DNA from: an uncultured Planctomycetia bacterium | GTDB taxonomy: Bacteria; Omnitrophota; Gorgyraeia; Duberdicusellales; Duberdicusellaceae | Reading direction: 5' to 3' | DNA: 64,000 nt | Assembly (NCBI GenBank): GCA_964634935.1 | Contig: CAZWJT010000002.1 | Location: forward strand, 74,643-138,642 | In this document: one piece after another, positions 36,901 to 47,573 of the stretch | Numbering within the stretch: position 1 is the stretch's first letter | How the letters are laid out: each line of letters opens with the position of its first letter | Position numbers and translations under genes: made by a program | Notes under the pieces: model-generated | Told to the model about the DNA's origin: nothing | Seen by the model: only the letters and a program-made list of their open reading frames with translations | Database searches by the model: none

Positions 36901-37317
36901 GTGAAATCGTATACCAAGTACCTTATATTTTCGACAACAAGGCGGCAAGAAATCATTAATGTTACTCCGCAAGTTGAGTTGATCGTAGCGGAGAGTAAAA
37001 TACGTGAAGGGTTTTGTCTTGTCAATGCAATGCATATTACGGCCAGTATTTTCATCAATGACGACGAAAAGGGGCTGCATGATGATTTTGCGCGTTGGCT
37101 GGAAAAACTCGCTCCGCATTCAATATCCGGATATCAGCATCACCAAACCGGAGAAGATAATGCTGACGCACACTTGAAGCGAACGATTATGGGGAGGGAG
37201 GTTCTCGTTGCGATTACGCAGGGGAAGCTTGATTTCGGACCTTGGGAGCAAATTTTTTATGGGGAATTTGATGGCCAGCGTTCTAAAAAAGTGTTAGTAA
37301 AAATTATCGGGGAATGA
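36901..37317 (+). CDS. YjbQ/UPF0047 family protein (secondary thiamine-phosphate synthase-like)
   Basis: 138 aa. [13 protein letters not shown] and [14 protein letters not shown] are conserved UPF0047 blocks. Confidence 0.7.
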   Translation: MKSYTKYLIFSTTRRQEIINVTPQVELIVAESKIREGFCLVNAMHITASIFINDDEKGLHDDFARWLEKLAPHSISGYQHHQTGEDNADAHLKRTIMGREVLVAITQGKLDFGPWEQIFYGEFDGQRSKKVLVKIIGE

Positions 37318-37829
37318 ACTTTGTGAATTTAATCGAGATCATCAAGCAACGGCAGAGCATCCGTTTATACGAGAGGCGATCCATCCCTGAGAATGACTTG
37401 CTTCAGGTTATCGACGCTGCGCGATATGCTCCTACGGCGCGGGGCGAAGAGCCGTGGGAATTTATCATCGTGACAAGAAGGGATTGCTTAGGAAAAATAG
37501 CTGAAATTACCGATCACGGAAAGTTTATTAAAGATGCTTCGGCTTGCTGTGTCGTACTGTGCCGCGATACGAAATATTATTTGGAGGACGGATGTGCTGC
37601 CACTCAAAATATTTTACTAGCGGCGACGGCTTTAGGGATTGATTCTTGCTGGGTTGCTGGAGATAAAAAAGCGTATGCTTCAAAAATTTTAGAGTATTTT
37701 GATGTGCCGCACGGTTTTCATCTTGTGAGTCTTATTGCGTTAGGTTATCGCATCTCAGATGTTCAAAGACGCAAGCGACGTTTACTGGGAGAAGTTCTTC
37801 ACCGGGAAAAATTCACAGGGAAAGGATGA
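37314..37829 (+). CDS. Nitroreductase family protein
   Basis: [41 protein letters not shown] is an N-terminal nitroreductase signature. Confidence 0.7.
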   Translation: MNFVNLIEIIKQRQSIRLYERRSIPENDLLQVIDAARYAPTARGEEPWEFIIVTRRDCLGKIAEITDHGKFIKDASACCVVLCRDTKYYLEDGCAATQNILLAATALGIDSCWVAGDKKAYASKILEYFDVPHGFHLVSLIALGYRISDVQRRKRRLLGEVLHREKFTGKG

Positions 37830-37838
37830 AAGAGAGAC

Positions 37839-39197
37839 ATGGAAAACACAAAGATTCTTTTAAGCGAGAAAGAAATTCCTCAACACTGGTATAATATTCA
37901 AGCTGATTTACCACGACCGTTAGATCCTCCGTTGCATCCGGGAACAAAGAAGCCATTAAATCCAAAGGAACTCTTGCCGATTTTTCCCAAGAGTCTCATT
38001 GAGCAAGAATTGTCGCAAGAACGGTGGATTGAAATTCCGGATGAAGTACGCACTCTCTATAGGCTTTGGAGACCGTCTCCTTTGCGGAGAGCAGTGCGAC
38101 TTGAGAAAGCCTTAAAAACTCCAGCCAGAATTTACTTAAAAGATGAGAGTGTCAGTCCTTCAGGAAGCCATAAGGCAAATACATCCATTCCGCAAGTTTA
38201 TTATAACAAAAAAGAGGGGATAAAGCGTATTTGTACCGAGACTGGAGCCGGACAGTGGGGTTCTGCGTTGGCGTTTGCCTGCAATGTTTTTGGGCTTACC
38301 TGTCGAGTCTATATGGTAAAGGTGAGTTATGAGCAGAAGCCATTCCGAAAATCGCTTATGCATTTGTGGGGAGCGGAAGTTTTTCCTTCGCCCTCTCCTC
38401 ATACACAGGCAGGCCGCGCGGTCTTAAAAGAGCATCCCAATAGTCCCGGGAGTTTAGGTATCGCCATATCCGAGGCAGTGGAGGATGCGGTACATCATGC
38501 GGATACAAAGTATGCGCTTGGGAGTGTTCTAAATCACGTACTTTTGCATCAGACGATTACCGGATTGGAAGTTAAAAAACAGATGGAGAAGGCTGAGGAT
38601 TATCCTGACGTTCTTGTCGGATGCGTTGGAGGTGGAAGTAATTTCGCCGGGCTTTGTTTTCCCTATGTTACAGACAAACTGAAAGGAAAATGTTTAACCA
38701 TGATTGGGGTTGAGCCTCGGGCTTGTCCCACAATGACCAAAGGACCATTTTGTTATGATTTTGGTGATTTGGCCTGCATGACTCCGCTTCTGAAAATGTT
38801 TACCCTGGGGCATACCTTCATTCCTGCCGGGATTCATGCCGGTGGATTACGTTATCATGGATGTGCGCCGCTTGTGAGTCTTTTGGTTGCTGAAAAGCTG
38901 ATAATCCCTGTGGCCTGTTATCAGAATGATGTTTTTAAAGCAGCAATGCTTTTCGCCCAGACCGAAGGATTTCTTCCTGCCCCGGAAACAGCCCATGCGC
39001 TTAAGGTTGGGATTGATGAAGCGCGCAAAGCAAAAGCCCAGCGCAAGGAAAAGGCGATTGTCATTCTCTATAGCGGTCATGGCCATTTTGACCTTGCGGC
39101 ATACGATAATTACCTGGGAGGAAAACTGAAAGATTTTACTCATCCTGAAAGAGAAATTAAGAAGGCAGTTAGTCAGATCAAGAAATTGCAGGTTTAG
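37839..39197 (+). CDS. TrpB2-type (TrpB-like) PLP-dependent enzyme, standalone
   Basis: [25 protein letters not shown]-terminus and PSGSHKANT lysine-PLP motif. 452 aa, typical of TrpB2. Confidence 0.8.
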   Translation: MENTKILLSEKEIPQHWYNIQADLPRPLDPPLHPGTKKPLNPKELLPIFPKSLIEQELSQERWIEIPDEVRTLYRLWRPSPLRRAVRLEKALKTPARIYLKDESVSPSGSHKANTSIPQVYYNKKEGIKRICTETGAGQWGSALAFACNVFGLTCRVYMVKVSYEQKPFRKSLMHLWGAEVFPSPSPHTQAGRAVLKEHPNSPGSLGIAISEAVEDAVHHADTKYALGSVLNHVLLHQTITGLEVKKQMEKAEDYPDVLVGCVGGGSNFAGLCFPYVTDKLKGKCLTMIGVEPRACPTMTKGPFCYDFGDLACMTPLLKMFTLGHTFIPAGIHAGGLRYHGCAPLVSLLVAEKLIIPVACYQNDVFKAAMLFAQTEGFLPAPETAHALKVGIDEARKAKAQRKEKAIVILYSGHGHFDLAAYDNYLGGKLKDFTHPEREIKKAVSQIKKLQV

Positions 39198-39215
39198 GGT
39201 CGTTTTTTCTCCGTC

Positions 39216-40430
39216 TTGCGTGCCATGTTTAAGGGTATGGGAGGTCTTTCAGTGATTAAGAACTATTCTCTCCGCCTATTCGTTCTGTTTTTGCTGCACT
39301 CATTTTCTTCCGTTGTTTGTTTACCCTTAGGATTTTGTGCTTGGACCTCAAGTGTTGTTGACAGCTCTGTCGATACCTGGAATATGTCCTTAGATATTGA
39401 TTCGAGCGGGAATATTCACATAAGCTATGGCTCGTCATCCGGATTACGCTATGCTTCATTCAATGGAGCAGACTGGAATATACAAACCATTGATGCAAGC
39501 GGCGGTGGCTTTAGTTCCCTGGGGCTCACTGATACTGGGTATGCGCGGATAGCATACTCAGTCGGAACAACAGTAAAATACGCGTCTTCCAATGGTGCAA
39601 ACTGGGTGATTCAAACTATTAATACCGATTCATCAAATGGGGGTTTTGTGGCGCTTGCGCTTGATTCTTCCGGTTATGGGCAGGTAAGTTTTGCGAATGC
39701 AGATTCCGGAACGCTTTACGCCGGTTTTGATGGTTCAGGCTGGACCGTTGATGTGGCAGACGAAGGACTGCCGAGTCCTTCGGTTACGTCAAGTTCAATC
39801 GATATGGATAGTGTCGGTAACGCGCATATTGTTTATTTTGATGAGGTTTACAGTTATCCAATCGGAGAAGCAATATGCACTGTTTCTGGCGGCTGCAGTT
39901 TTAACGCAAATTTTGGACTTACACCACAAGATGTCTATGGCTCTGCAATTTCTCTGCAGATGGATAATGACCTGGTGCACGTGAGTTATTATAGCGAAAA
40001 TAATAATTTGGCGTATACGTATGACACCGGGTCGGGATTTGTCACATATATCGTTGATTCTGCCGGTGATGTCGGGCAGAATAGTTCGCTCATTCTTGAT
40101 GCGCAGGGCCATCCATATATTAGTTATCTTGAAAAAATCGGGTCTCTCTATAATCTGAAGCTTGCTCATTTCAATGGAACTGCCTGGACACTGGAAACAC
40201 TCTATACAAATGTTGGCTATTGGGGAGGGAGTCCTTCTGAGAGCGCCATTGCTCTCTACAACGATTATTTGTATCTTACCTTTGCTCAAGCAGATGGCAG
40301 CTTGGTGAGCGCTACGAATGCACCTTTGGGATTGGTGTCTGAACCAACCAGTGGTATGCTTGGTAAAATTATTATTTTTTTCTTTTCGTTCATTTTCGGA
40401 ATTAAACTGTACGGTAAATCGTTTGATTAA
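39216..40430 (+). CDS. Secreted Ser/Gly/Tyr-rich repeat protein with C-terminal hydrophobic anchor
   Basis: Signal peptide, then about 45-aa repeats of the form Y(A/S)S.NG..W.IQTI....GG...L.LD..G (at least six copies). C-terminal TM-like tail GKIIIFFFSFIFGI. Confidence 0.5.
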   Translation: MRAMFKGMGGLSVIKNYSLRLFVLFLLHSFSSVVCLPLGFCAWTSSVVDSSVDTWNMSLDIDSSGNIHISYGSSSGLRYASFNGADWNIQTIDASGGGFSSLGLTDTGYARIAYSVGTTVKYASSNGANWVIQTINTDSSNGGFVALALDSSGYGQVSFANADSGTLYAGFDGSGWTVDVADEGLPSPSVTSSSIDMDSVGNAHIVYFDEVYSYPIGEAICTVSGGCSFNANFGLTPQDVYGSAISLQMDNDLVHVSYYSENNNLAYTYDTGSGFVTYIVDSAGDVGQNSSLILDAQGHPYISYLEKIGSLYNLKLAHFNGTAWTLETLYTNVGYWGGSPSESAIALYNDYLYLTFAQADGSLVSATNAPLGLVSEPTSGMLGKIIIFFFSFIFGIKLYGKSFD

Positions 40431-40473
40431 CCCCACCTTTGTTTCTTCCTGATCTCTGTGCTACAATACGCCT

Positions 40474-42345
40474 ATGAATCGAAAGGGCGCTGGCAAACAT
40501 TTTTTCCTTTTACTTCTCAGCCTGCTTTCAGTCTGCCTTGGATGTATTTATCTTTTCCAGGCGAAAGATTTCCCTTTGTTTACTCACCTAACACTTGATC
40601 CGGAGTTTTACGACAGCGTTGCCCAGAAAATTTTATCCGGGGATCTTTCAAGTGAACAACTGCTCTACGGTTCTGTGCTTTACCCGTATTTTTTGGCTTT
40701 CTTTTATTGGATTTTCGGGCACTCGCTTTTTGTTGTTTTTTTTATGCATATTTTCTTGCACGCTTTGAGTTGCGTACTTATTTTTCATCTTGCAAAAAAA
40801 ATTTTTGGGAAACCGTGCGCGTATTCTTCCGCGATTTTATTCTGTTTCTACGATATCCTTATTTTTTACCAAGGTATTCTTGTTTCCGAAACGCTCGCTG
40901 TTTTTCTTGTTCTTCTTGTTCTTAATCTGCTTTTACGAGGGAGGGACGATAAGCGGTTTCATTTTTGGGTTTTTACCGGAATTATTTTTGGTTTGCTTAC
41001 GCTTTCACGGTCGAACTACGCTTTTTTTTATCCAGGAGCTGTTTTTTGGATCGTAGTTTATTTCTTCAGAAAAATTCCTGTGAAAAAAATTATTTTCATT
41101 GTTTTTGCGCTGAGTCTTGGTCTATTCTTTGTTCTTGGATTGACTATCTGGAGAAATTACTCTATCGCGGGTGATTTTATACCGCTCTCCGCGCATGGGG
41201 GTATGGTTTTATATATCGGAACGAATCCCCAGGCACGGGGAATCTATGAAGGACATCCGTATTTTGGCGATACACCGCTTCAGCAAATACGTGATGCGAA
41301 ACGTATCGCTGAAGTTGAAACCCAGTCGATTCTGAAGCCATCGGAAGTGTCGCGTTTTTGGGTGGGAAAAGTGTGTGAGTTTGTCTTTTCTGATCCATTA
41401 AGGTTTTTCTGGCTCATTGGGAGAAAAATACACGTGCTTTTAAATACATTTGAAGCGGCCGATGTCAGTGATTATTATTTTTTTAAACAATACATACCGT
41501 TGTTTCGCTTTCCGCTGGTTTCATCGATCTTTGTTTTTCCTCTTGCTTTGGCAGGCATAGTTTTTGTTTTGATACAACGTAAATTTTCTGGCACAGTTTT
41601 GCTCCTGTTTTTATATCTGAGTCTCTATGGCGGAACTTTGCTTCTTTTGACCGTGAACGCCCGCTTCAGGCTTCCGCTGCTTCCTGTGTTTGTTATTTTT
41701 GCCGCGTATGCCATTATTTTTCTTGGGCGCATGATTCGCAATGGAAAAGTCAAGGATAGCTGTATGGGTTTTGCCCTTATTTGTCTTTTTTTTGTTTTTA
41801 CGAATCAAAGAATAATCCTGAAAACTTTTGAGCGCGAATACAATGATCTTGGTGCCATCTATCTTGAAAACGGAAATATTACTCAAGCTTTTGACTGTTA
41901 TCGGCAGTCTCTTCGCCTTTATCCAAAGTCGGCGCTTACACTTCACAACCTCGGGGTAATTTATTTTCGGACGGGAAATTACGTTCAGGGAATTTCTTAT
42001 CTTCTGGATGCACTTCAGAGCAATCCTCGTTATCAAGAAGCCTACATAACGCTGGGGAAGATGCATGAACAATTGGGGATATATGCGCTTGCTGAGCAGT
42101 ACTTCAGGCAAGCCGCCGAGCAGAATCCTTATGCCCAGGAAATAAGGCTTCTGCTTGAGAAAGCCGCAGTTTGGGCTAAGACAGGGATACCTGCTTCGCG
42201 TCGCGGGGCAAAAAGCGAAATTTATCGTGCTTTAGCCGAACTCTATCGGAGCAGGGGACTGGTTTCCGAGGCAGAATACCTGCGTTTACAGGCGAAGGTG
42301 GTTCAATCTGAAAAGCAGGAAGAATTATTCTCCACTACGGAGTGA
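40474..42345 (+). CDS. PMT/ArnT-like (GT39/GT83-type) membrane glycosyltransferase with C-terminal TPR repeats
   Basis: About 400-aa polytopic N-terminus typical of dolichyl/undecaprenyl-phosphate-sugar-dependent transferases, plus C-terminal TPRs (AFDCYRQSLRLYPKSALTLHNLGVIYFRTGNYVQGISYL...). Confidence 0.65.
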   Translation: MNRKGAGKHFFLLLLSLLSVCLGCIYLFQAKDFPLFTHLTLDPEFYDSVAQKILSGDLSSEQLLYGSVLYPYFLAFFYWIFGHSLFVVFFMHIFLHALSCVLIFHLAKKIFGKPCAYSSAILFCFYDILIFYQGILVSETLAVFLVLLVLNLLLRGRDDKRFHFWVFTGIIFGLLTLSRSNYAFFYPGAVFWIVVYFFRKIPVKKIIFIVFALSLGLFFVLGLTIWRNYSIAGDFIPLSAHGGMVLYIGTNPQARGIYEGHPYFGDTPLQQIRDAKRIAEVETQSILKPSEVSRFWVGKVCEFVFSDPLRFFWLIGRKIHVLLNTFEAADVSDYYFFKQYIPLFRFPLVSSIFVFPLALAGIVFVLIQRKFSGTVLLLFLYLSLYGGTLLLLTVNARFRLPLLPVFVIFAAYAIIFLGRMIRNGKVKDSCMGFALICLFFVFTNQRIILKTFEREYNDLGAIYLENGNITQAFDCYRQSLRLYPKSALTLHNLGVIYFRTGNYVQGISYLLDALQSNPRYQEAYITLGKMHEQLGIYALAEQYFRQAAEQNPYAQEIRLLLEKAAVWAKTGIPASRRGAKSEIYRALAELYRSRGLVSEAEYLRLQAKVVQSEKQEELFSTTE

Positions 42346-42443
42346 TGAGAATTCTCTCTATTTTCCTGAGCGAAAAATAATTGACGGAGTGCCACTTTTC
42401 GGTTAAACTATTTCTTTACGATACCAAAAAAAGGTAAGAAAAT

Positions 42444-43457
42444 ATGGTAAAAGTAGCAATTGTCGGAGTTTCCGGCTTTACCGGGAAGAAACTTGCCGAG
42501 ATTCTCGCATATCACCCAGAAGTCGAGATAGTCTTTGCTTCATTGAGGACTAATGCGCCTGTGCGTTTTTCTGAACTTTTTCCAGAGCACGCAAACCGCA
42601 TAGATTTTCTCTGTGAAAATTTTGATGAACAAAAAATATCCCAAAATGCTGACGTTGTCTTTTTTGCGCTTCCCCACAAAGAATCTTTTGAGCGTGTTCC
42701 TTCTTTTGTCAATAAGGGTAAGCTGATTATCGATCTTTCTGCTGATTACCGGCTTAAAAACCTGCAAATCTATGAAAAGTACTATGGTATTGCACATAAG
42801 GATCCGATTAATCTTCCGAAGTTTGTTTACGGGTTGCCCGAATTCTTTTATGATGAAATTAAGCATACCCGGTGTATTGCTAATCCTGGTTGTTATCCCA
42901 CGGTATCTCTCCTAGCGGTTGCTCCGTTGCTTAAGGAAGGAATTATCGGAGAAACTGTGGTGATTGACGCAAAATCAGGAGTGAGTGGCGCAGGGAAAAA
43001 AGCCAAAACAGATTACGATTTTATCGGTTTGCACAATAATTTCTGGGCTTATAAGCCACTTAGACATCAACATGTTCCCGAGATCGAACAGGAGCTGTTT
43101 GAGATAACAAGCATGAAGGCTAAAATTAATTTTTGTCCTCATGTGTTGCCTTTGGAGAAAGGAATCTATGCAACTGTTTATGCCACTGTAACCGCGGCGG
43201 TTACCTTGCAAAAGGTTTATGAGATATATCAGGAATGTTACAACGATGCTCCGTTTGTTCGAATACGGAAAGGACTTCCTTGTCTCCATGACGTGATTGG
43301 GACGAATTTCTGCGATATTGGCTTTGATCTCAGCGATGACGGTTCTTCTATCGTTATCTGTGGAGCGATCGATAATCTCATGAAAGGAGCAAGCAGCCAA
43401 GCGGTTCAGAATATGAATATCGCCTGCGGTTTTGATGAAACAATGGGGCTTACGTGA
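42444..43457 (+). CDS. argC: N-acetyl-gamma-glutamyl-phosphate reductase
   Basis: VAIVGVSGFTGKKLAEIL Rossmann motif and the catalytic Cys region ANPGCYPT. Confidence 0.9.
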   Translation: MVKVAIVGVSGFTGKKLAEILAYHPEVEIVFASLRTNAPVRFSELFPEHANRIDFLCENFDEQKISQNADVVFFALPHKESFERVPSFVNKGKLIIDLSADYRLKNLQIYEKYYGIAHKDPINLPKFVYGLPEFFYDEIKHTRCIANPGCYPTVSLLAVAPLLKEGIIGETVVIDAKSGVSGAGKKAKTDYDFIGLHNNFWAYKPLRHQHVPEIEQELFEITSMKAKINFCPHVLPLEKGIYATVYATVTAAVTLQKVYEIYQECYNDAPFVRIRKGLPCLHDVIGTNFCDIGFDLSDDGSSIVICGAIDNLMKGASSQAVQNMNIACGFDETMGLT

Positions 43458-43461
43458 TTTT

Positions 43462-44586
43462 ATGAATCTTCCTGAGGGCTTCTTTTTTTCCGGAATCAAA
43501 AGCGGGATCAAAAAAAACAAAAAAGACTTAGGCCTCCTATGGTCTTCTGTTCCGCTTACTGGATATTTTGCGTTTACTTCAAACGCCGTGAAAGCAGCGC
43601 CGATTCTGATGAATTTAAGAAAAATAAAAGTCAATAATTCATTAGTTCAGGCAGTGCTGGTTAATAGTGGCAACGCGAACTGTTTCACCGGACAGCAGGG
43701 ATTGCGGGGAGCCGAAACTACTACAAAAATTCTTGCGGAAAAACTTCGCATTTCTGCAGACTCAGTCCTGAGCTGTTCTACGGGAATTATTGGTAAGCCT
43801 TTTCCGGTGCAGAAAATCGTACGGCACATACCCAAGCTTATTCAATCCGGTGATGCATCTCAAACGGCACTTTTTGATTTTGCGAAGTCAATCATGACAA
43901 CAGATACGTATCCCAAGATAGTGCAAGAGCGGTTTTCAATCGGAACCAAAGAAGTTCATATCTGCGGAATCGCAAAAGGTGTGGGAATGATCCATCCAAA
44001 CATGGCAACCATGCTAGCATTTCTCCTAACAGATGCAAATATCTCACGTGCGCTTCTAAAAAACGCGGCTTGTTGTGCGCTCGCTACTTCATTCAACTCT
44101 ATTACCGTTGATGGGTGCATGAGTACGAACGATTCGGCATTTTTCTTAACGAGCAAGAAAGTTCCTTTGTCTCGGATTGAGCAGGGAACAAAAAGCTATC
44201 GCTTGTTTTCCCATGCTTTATCCCGAGTCTGTCTTAAACTTGCTCAAATGCTCGTGCGTGACGGTGAGGGTGCAACCAAATTTATCACAATCACCGTTTG
44301 TGGAGCAGCGAACAACGGAGAAGCGCGTCGAGCGGCCTTAGCGATAGCAAATTCGAATCTTTTTAAGTGCGCTCTTTATGGTTCAAATCGCAATCTTGGA
44401 AGAATTGTTCAGGCGATCGGACAAGCTGGGGTGCCGATCAATGAAAGAATTGCCATCCGGGCGACTGATTTACACAAAAAAGAAATACGTATACGGGTCG
44501 ATTTAAATAGAGGCAGGCATTCCGCAACAGTATATACCTGCGATTTGACTCCGGAGTATGTGAAAATCAATGCTGATTATAGCTGA
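43462..44586 (+). CDS. argJ: Bifunctional ornithine acetyltransferase / N-acetylglutamate synthase
   Basis: HPNMATMLAFLLTDANIS autoproteolytic ATML site. Confidence 0.9.
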   Translation: MNLPEGFFFSGIKSGIKKNKKDLGLLWSSVPLTGYFAFTSNAVKAAPILMNLRKIKVNNSLVQAVLVNSGNANCFTGQQGLRGAETTTKILAEKLRISADSVLSCSTGIIGKPFPVQKIVRHIPKLIQSGDASQTALFDFAKSIMTTDTYPKIVQERFSIGTKEVHICGIAKGVGMIHPNMATMLAFLLTDANISRALLKNAACCALATSFNSITVDGCMSTNDSAFFLTSKKVPLSRIEQGTKSYRLFSHALSRVCLKLAQMLVRDGEGATKFITITVCGAANNGEARRAALAIANSNLFKCALYGSNRNLGRIVQAIGQAGVPINERIAIRATDLHKKEIRIRVDLNRGRHSATVYTCDLTPEYVKINADYS

Positions 44587-44600
44587 TCAAGATAGATGAC

Positions 44601-45461
44601 ATGGAAGAGGCAGTAAGAAAAGCAGACGTGCTCATTGAAGCACTTCCCTACATCAAGAATTTTCGAGGAAAGGTGTTTGTTATCAAATACGGTGGTTCAA
44701 TTCTTTCCGAAGAAAAGGTGCGGCGAAGCGTCTTAGAAGATATCGTATTTTTGCATTTCATGGGCATCGATGTAGTCTTAGTGCACGGCGGAGGTCCAAA
44801 TATCACCGAGCGGCTTAAAACAAAAAAAATCATCCCCGCATTTCATCAAGGAGTCCGGATTACTGACCAGGCGACTCTTCAGGTTGTTGCCGAGGAGCTG
44901 ACTGAGTTGAACCGGATGGTTGCAACCGAGCTTCAGCAGTTGGGAGCGTTTGCCGTAGGTGTTTGCGGCAAGGATAGTCTGATTTACGTTGAAAAGAAGA
45001 AATCAGAGCTTGATCTGGGGTTTGTCGGAACGGTTTGCGGATTGAACGAGAAAAAGTTTCGAGAATTTCTAAGTGCCGATCATCTGGTTGTTCTTTCTCC
45101 TCTTGGGGTAGAACTTTCCACCGGCGTCACCTACAACGTGAATGCCGATGAAGTTGCTTCGTATCTTGCGGGAAGGCTCAGCGCCGAAAAATTTGTCTTG
45201 TTGACAAATGTCCGAGGTGTTATGCGTAATGTCAACGATCCGGATTCCCTGATTTCGAGCGCCCGTGAAGCGGATATAAAGCACATGATTGCAGAAGGTA
45301 TTATTAGTGATGGAATGATACCGAAAGCATGCGCTGGTTTAGATGCGTTAGATCGTGGGGCTAAGAAAGCTCATATTATCGATGCGCGTATCCCGCATGC
45401 TCTTCTTCTTGAAATTTTTACCGATACGGGTATCGGGACGGAAATTACCGGAGATGGATGA
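44601..45461 (+). CDS. argB: Acetylglutamate kinase
   Basis: ALPYIKNFRGKVFVIKYGGS and VLVHGGGP motifs. Confidence 0.9.
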   Translation: MEEAVRKADVLIEALPYIKNFRGKVFVIKYGGSILSEEKVRRSVLEDIVFLHFMGIDVVLVHGGGPNITERLKTKKIIPAFHQGVRITDQATLQVVAEELTELNRMVATELQQLGAFAVGVCGKDSLIYVEKKKSELDLGFVGTVCGLNEKKFREFLSADHLVVLSPLGVELSTGVTYNVNADEVASYLAGRLSAEKFVLLTNVRGVMRNVNDPDSLISSAREADIKHMIAEGIISDGMIPKACAGLDALDRGAKKAHIIDARIPHALLLEIFTDTGIGTEITGDG

Positions 45462-46630
45462 TGGATATTAAAAAGACCTACGATACCTATGTTCTTCATA
45501 CGTATAATCGGGTTGGCCCGATATTTGTGCGAGGGAAAGGCAGTTTTCTCTGGGATACGCGGGGGGAGAAGTATCTTGACTTTTTTCCTGGATGGGGAGT
45601 AAGTATTCTCGGGCATGCGCATCCACAACTTGCCAAAGTTCTTGCTCATCAGGCAAGAACGCTGGTGCATCTTCCGAATAATCTTTATCATCCACACCAG
45701 GCGCTCCTTGCAAAAAAGATCATAGCGTCTTCATTTCCTGGCAAAGTTTTTTTTGCAAATTCTGGAGCAGAAGCAATCGAAGGAGCATTAAAACTTGCTC
45801 GTGCGTATGGGAAAGGTAAACGTTTTGAGATTATTTCAATGGAAAAAGCTTTTCATGGAAGAACCTTCGGGGCACTTTCGGCAACGCCTCAGGCGAAATA
45901 CCAAAAACCGTTTGAACCCCTTCTTCCCGGATTTCGATCAGCGAGATTTGGCGATTTTGAGGATTTTGTAAGTAAGGTGAATGAAAAAACTGTCGCGGTC
46001 ATTCTTGAACCGATTCAGGGAGAGGGAGGGGTGAATATTCCTTCCGCTGCTTATTTTGCGAAATTAAGAGAATTCTGCACTCAGCACGATATTTTGCTTA
46101 TTGTTGACGAAGTTCAAACTGGTATGGGCAGAACTGGAACATTATTCTGTTTCCAGAATTTTAAGATTACTCCGGATGTAGTTACTCTCGCCAAAGGTTT
46201 AGGGGGCGGATTTCCCATCTCTGCTTTTATTGTCCAAAGTCGATTTGCGGATGTACTCGGACCGGGACTGCATGCTTCAACTTTTGGCGGATCACCATTG
46301 GCCACAAGGGTCGCCTGCGAAATTTTCGACATCATAAAACGTGAACATATCCTTGCGAATGTCCATGAGATTGAAAAACTCTGTGCATGCAGGCTTTTAA
46401 GCTTCAAGAAAAGATTTTCTATTGTTAAAGATGTGCGTGGAATGGGTGCGATGTGGGCGATTGAACTTGCCAAAGATGGGTTTGATTTTACTCTGCGCGC
46501 ATTGAAAGAAAAACTGATTCTTAATTGCACGCAAAAGGTTGTGCTGAGGATTATGCCGGCTTTAACCATTACGCAGACTGTGTTGGAAGATGGTTTTCGA
46601 ACGATTGCCAAGCTTCTGGAGCGATACTAG
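45458..46630 (+). CDS. argD: Acetylornithine aminotransferase (class III PLP)
   Basis: LIVDEVQTGMGRTG and TLAKGLGGGFP motifs. Confidence 0.85.
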   Translation: MMDIKKTYDTYVLHTYNRVGPIFVRGKGSFLWDTRGEKYLDFFPGWGVSILGHAHPQLAKVLAHQARTLVHLPNNLYHPHQALLAKKIIASSFPGKVFFANSGAEAIEGALKLARAYGKGKRFEIISMEKAFHGRTFGALSATPQAKYQKPFEPLLPGFRSARFGDFEDFVSKVNEKTVAVILEPIQGEGGVNIPSAAYFAKLREFCTQHDILLIVDEVQTGMGRTGTLFCFQNFKITPDVVTLAKGLGGGFPISAFIVQSRFADVLGPGLHASTFGGSPLATRVACEIFDIIKREHILANVHEIEKLCACRLLSFKKRFSIVKDVRGMGAMWAIELAKDGFDFTLRALKEKLILNCTQKVVLRIMPALTITQTVLEDGFRTIAKLLERY

Positions 46631-46643
46631 GAGTAGGAGGAAT

Positions 46644-47573
46644 ATGCAAAAGCATTTTATGAATATCGAGGATTTATCGGCAGAGGATATCCTGGGGTTG
46701 TTTCAATTGGCCGAAACGATAAAAAAGTATCCGCAGCGATACAGCACTGTTTTGCGCGGGAAAGTCGTTGGTCTTTTATTCGAAAAACCCTCTCTGCGGA
46801 CTCGAGTATCATTTGAAGTCGGCATCCGTGAACTCGGCGGCTGTCCGTTATATCTTTCACCCCAGGAGGTTCAGTTGGGCATACGGGAAGCGGTAAAGGA
46901 TGTAGCAAAAACCCTTTCTGGCTATCTCGACGGGGTAGTTTTAAGAACATTTAGCCATCGAGACTTTCTTGAGTTCTGCCAATACTCAGAAATACCAGTT
47001 ATGAACGGCCTAACTGATTTTTCGCATCCGGTGCAGGTCGTTAGTGATTTATTTACGCTCTATGAGCGGAATAAAAAACTTCGCGGATTACAGATGGCTT
47101 TTATCGGAGACGGAAACAACGTTTGTAACTCGCTGCTTATTGCCTGTGCGATTCTCGGCATTTCGTTGAAAGTCGCTTCCCCTACGGGATATCAGCCCAG
47201 CGAATCCGTGGTGCGTCAGGCTCAGAAAATTGCGATGAAAACAAAAACAAGCATTTCCATTTTTGATGACCCATTAAAGGCAGCGGTCGGTACGGATGTT
47301 CTTTATACGGATGTCTGGGCTTCGATGGGGCAGGAAAAAGAGAAGCAGGTTCGAGTAGTCGCATTTAAGAATTTTCGGATTGACAGCGAGATACTCAAAG
47401 CCGCCAAGCCTGATTGTTTGGTTATGCATTGTCTGCCAGCTCATCGTGGTGAAGAAATAACCGATGAAGTTCTCGACGGGAAGCATTCAATTGTTTTTAC
47501 CCAGGCAGAGAACAGGCTTTATGCTCAAAAGGCAATAATGGTTAATCTTTTTCAAGGAAAGAGGAAAAAATGA
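46644..47573 (+). CDS. argF: Ornithine carbamoyltransferase
   Basis: STRTRVSFE and HCLPAHRGEE motifs. RBS GGAGTAGGAGG before the ATG at 46644. Confidence 0.85.
   Translation: MQKHFMNIEDLSAEDILGLFQLAETIKKYPQRYSTVLRGKVVGLLFEKPSLRTRVSFEVGIRELGGCPLYLSPQEVQLGIREAVKDVAKTLSGYLDGVVLRTFSHRDFLEFCQYSEIPVMNGLTDFSHPVQVVSDLFTLYERNKKLRGLQMAFIGDGNNVCNSLLIACAILGISLKVASPTGYQPSESVVRQAQKIAMKTKTSISIFDDPLKAAVGTDVLYTDVWASMGQEKEKQVRVVAFKNFRIDSEILKAAKPDCLVMHCLPAHRGEEITDEVLDGKHSIVFTQAENRLYAQKAIMVNLFQGKRKK

Noticed and set aside
40330-40430. C-terminus of the repeat protein as a PEP-CTERM/exosortase sorting signal
   Set aside because: There is a hydrophobic tail plus Lys residues, but no PEP tripeptide and no Arg-rich tail (the sequence is ...SEPTSG-MLGKIIIFFFSFIFGI-KLYGKSFD). 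Too divergent to call.
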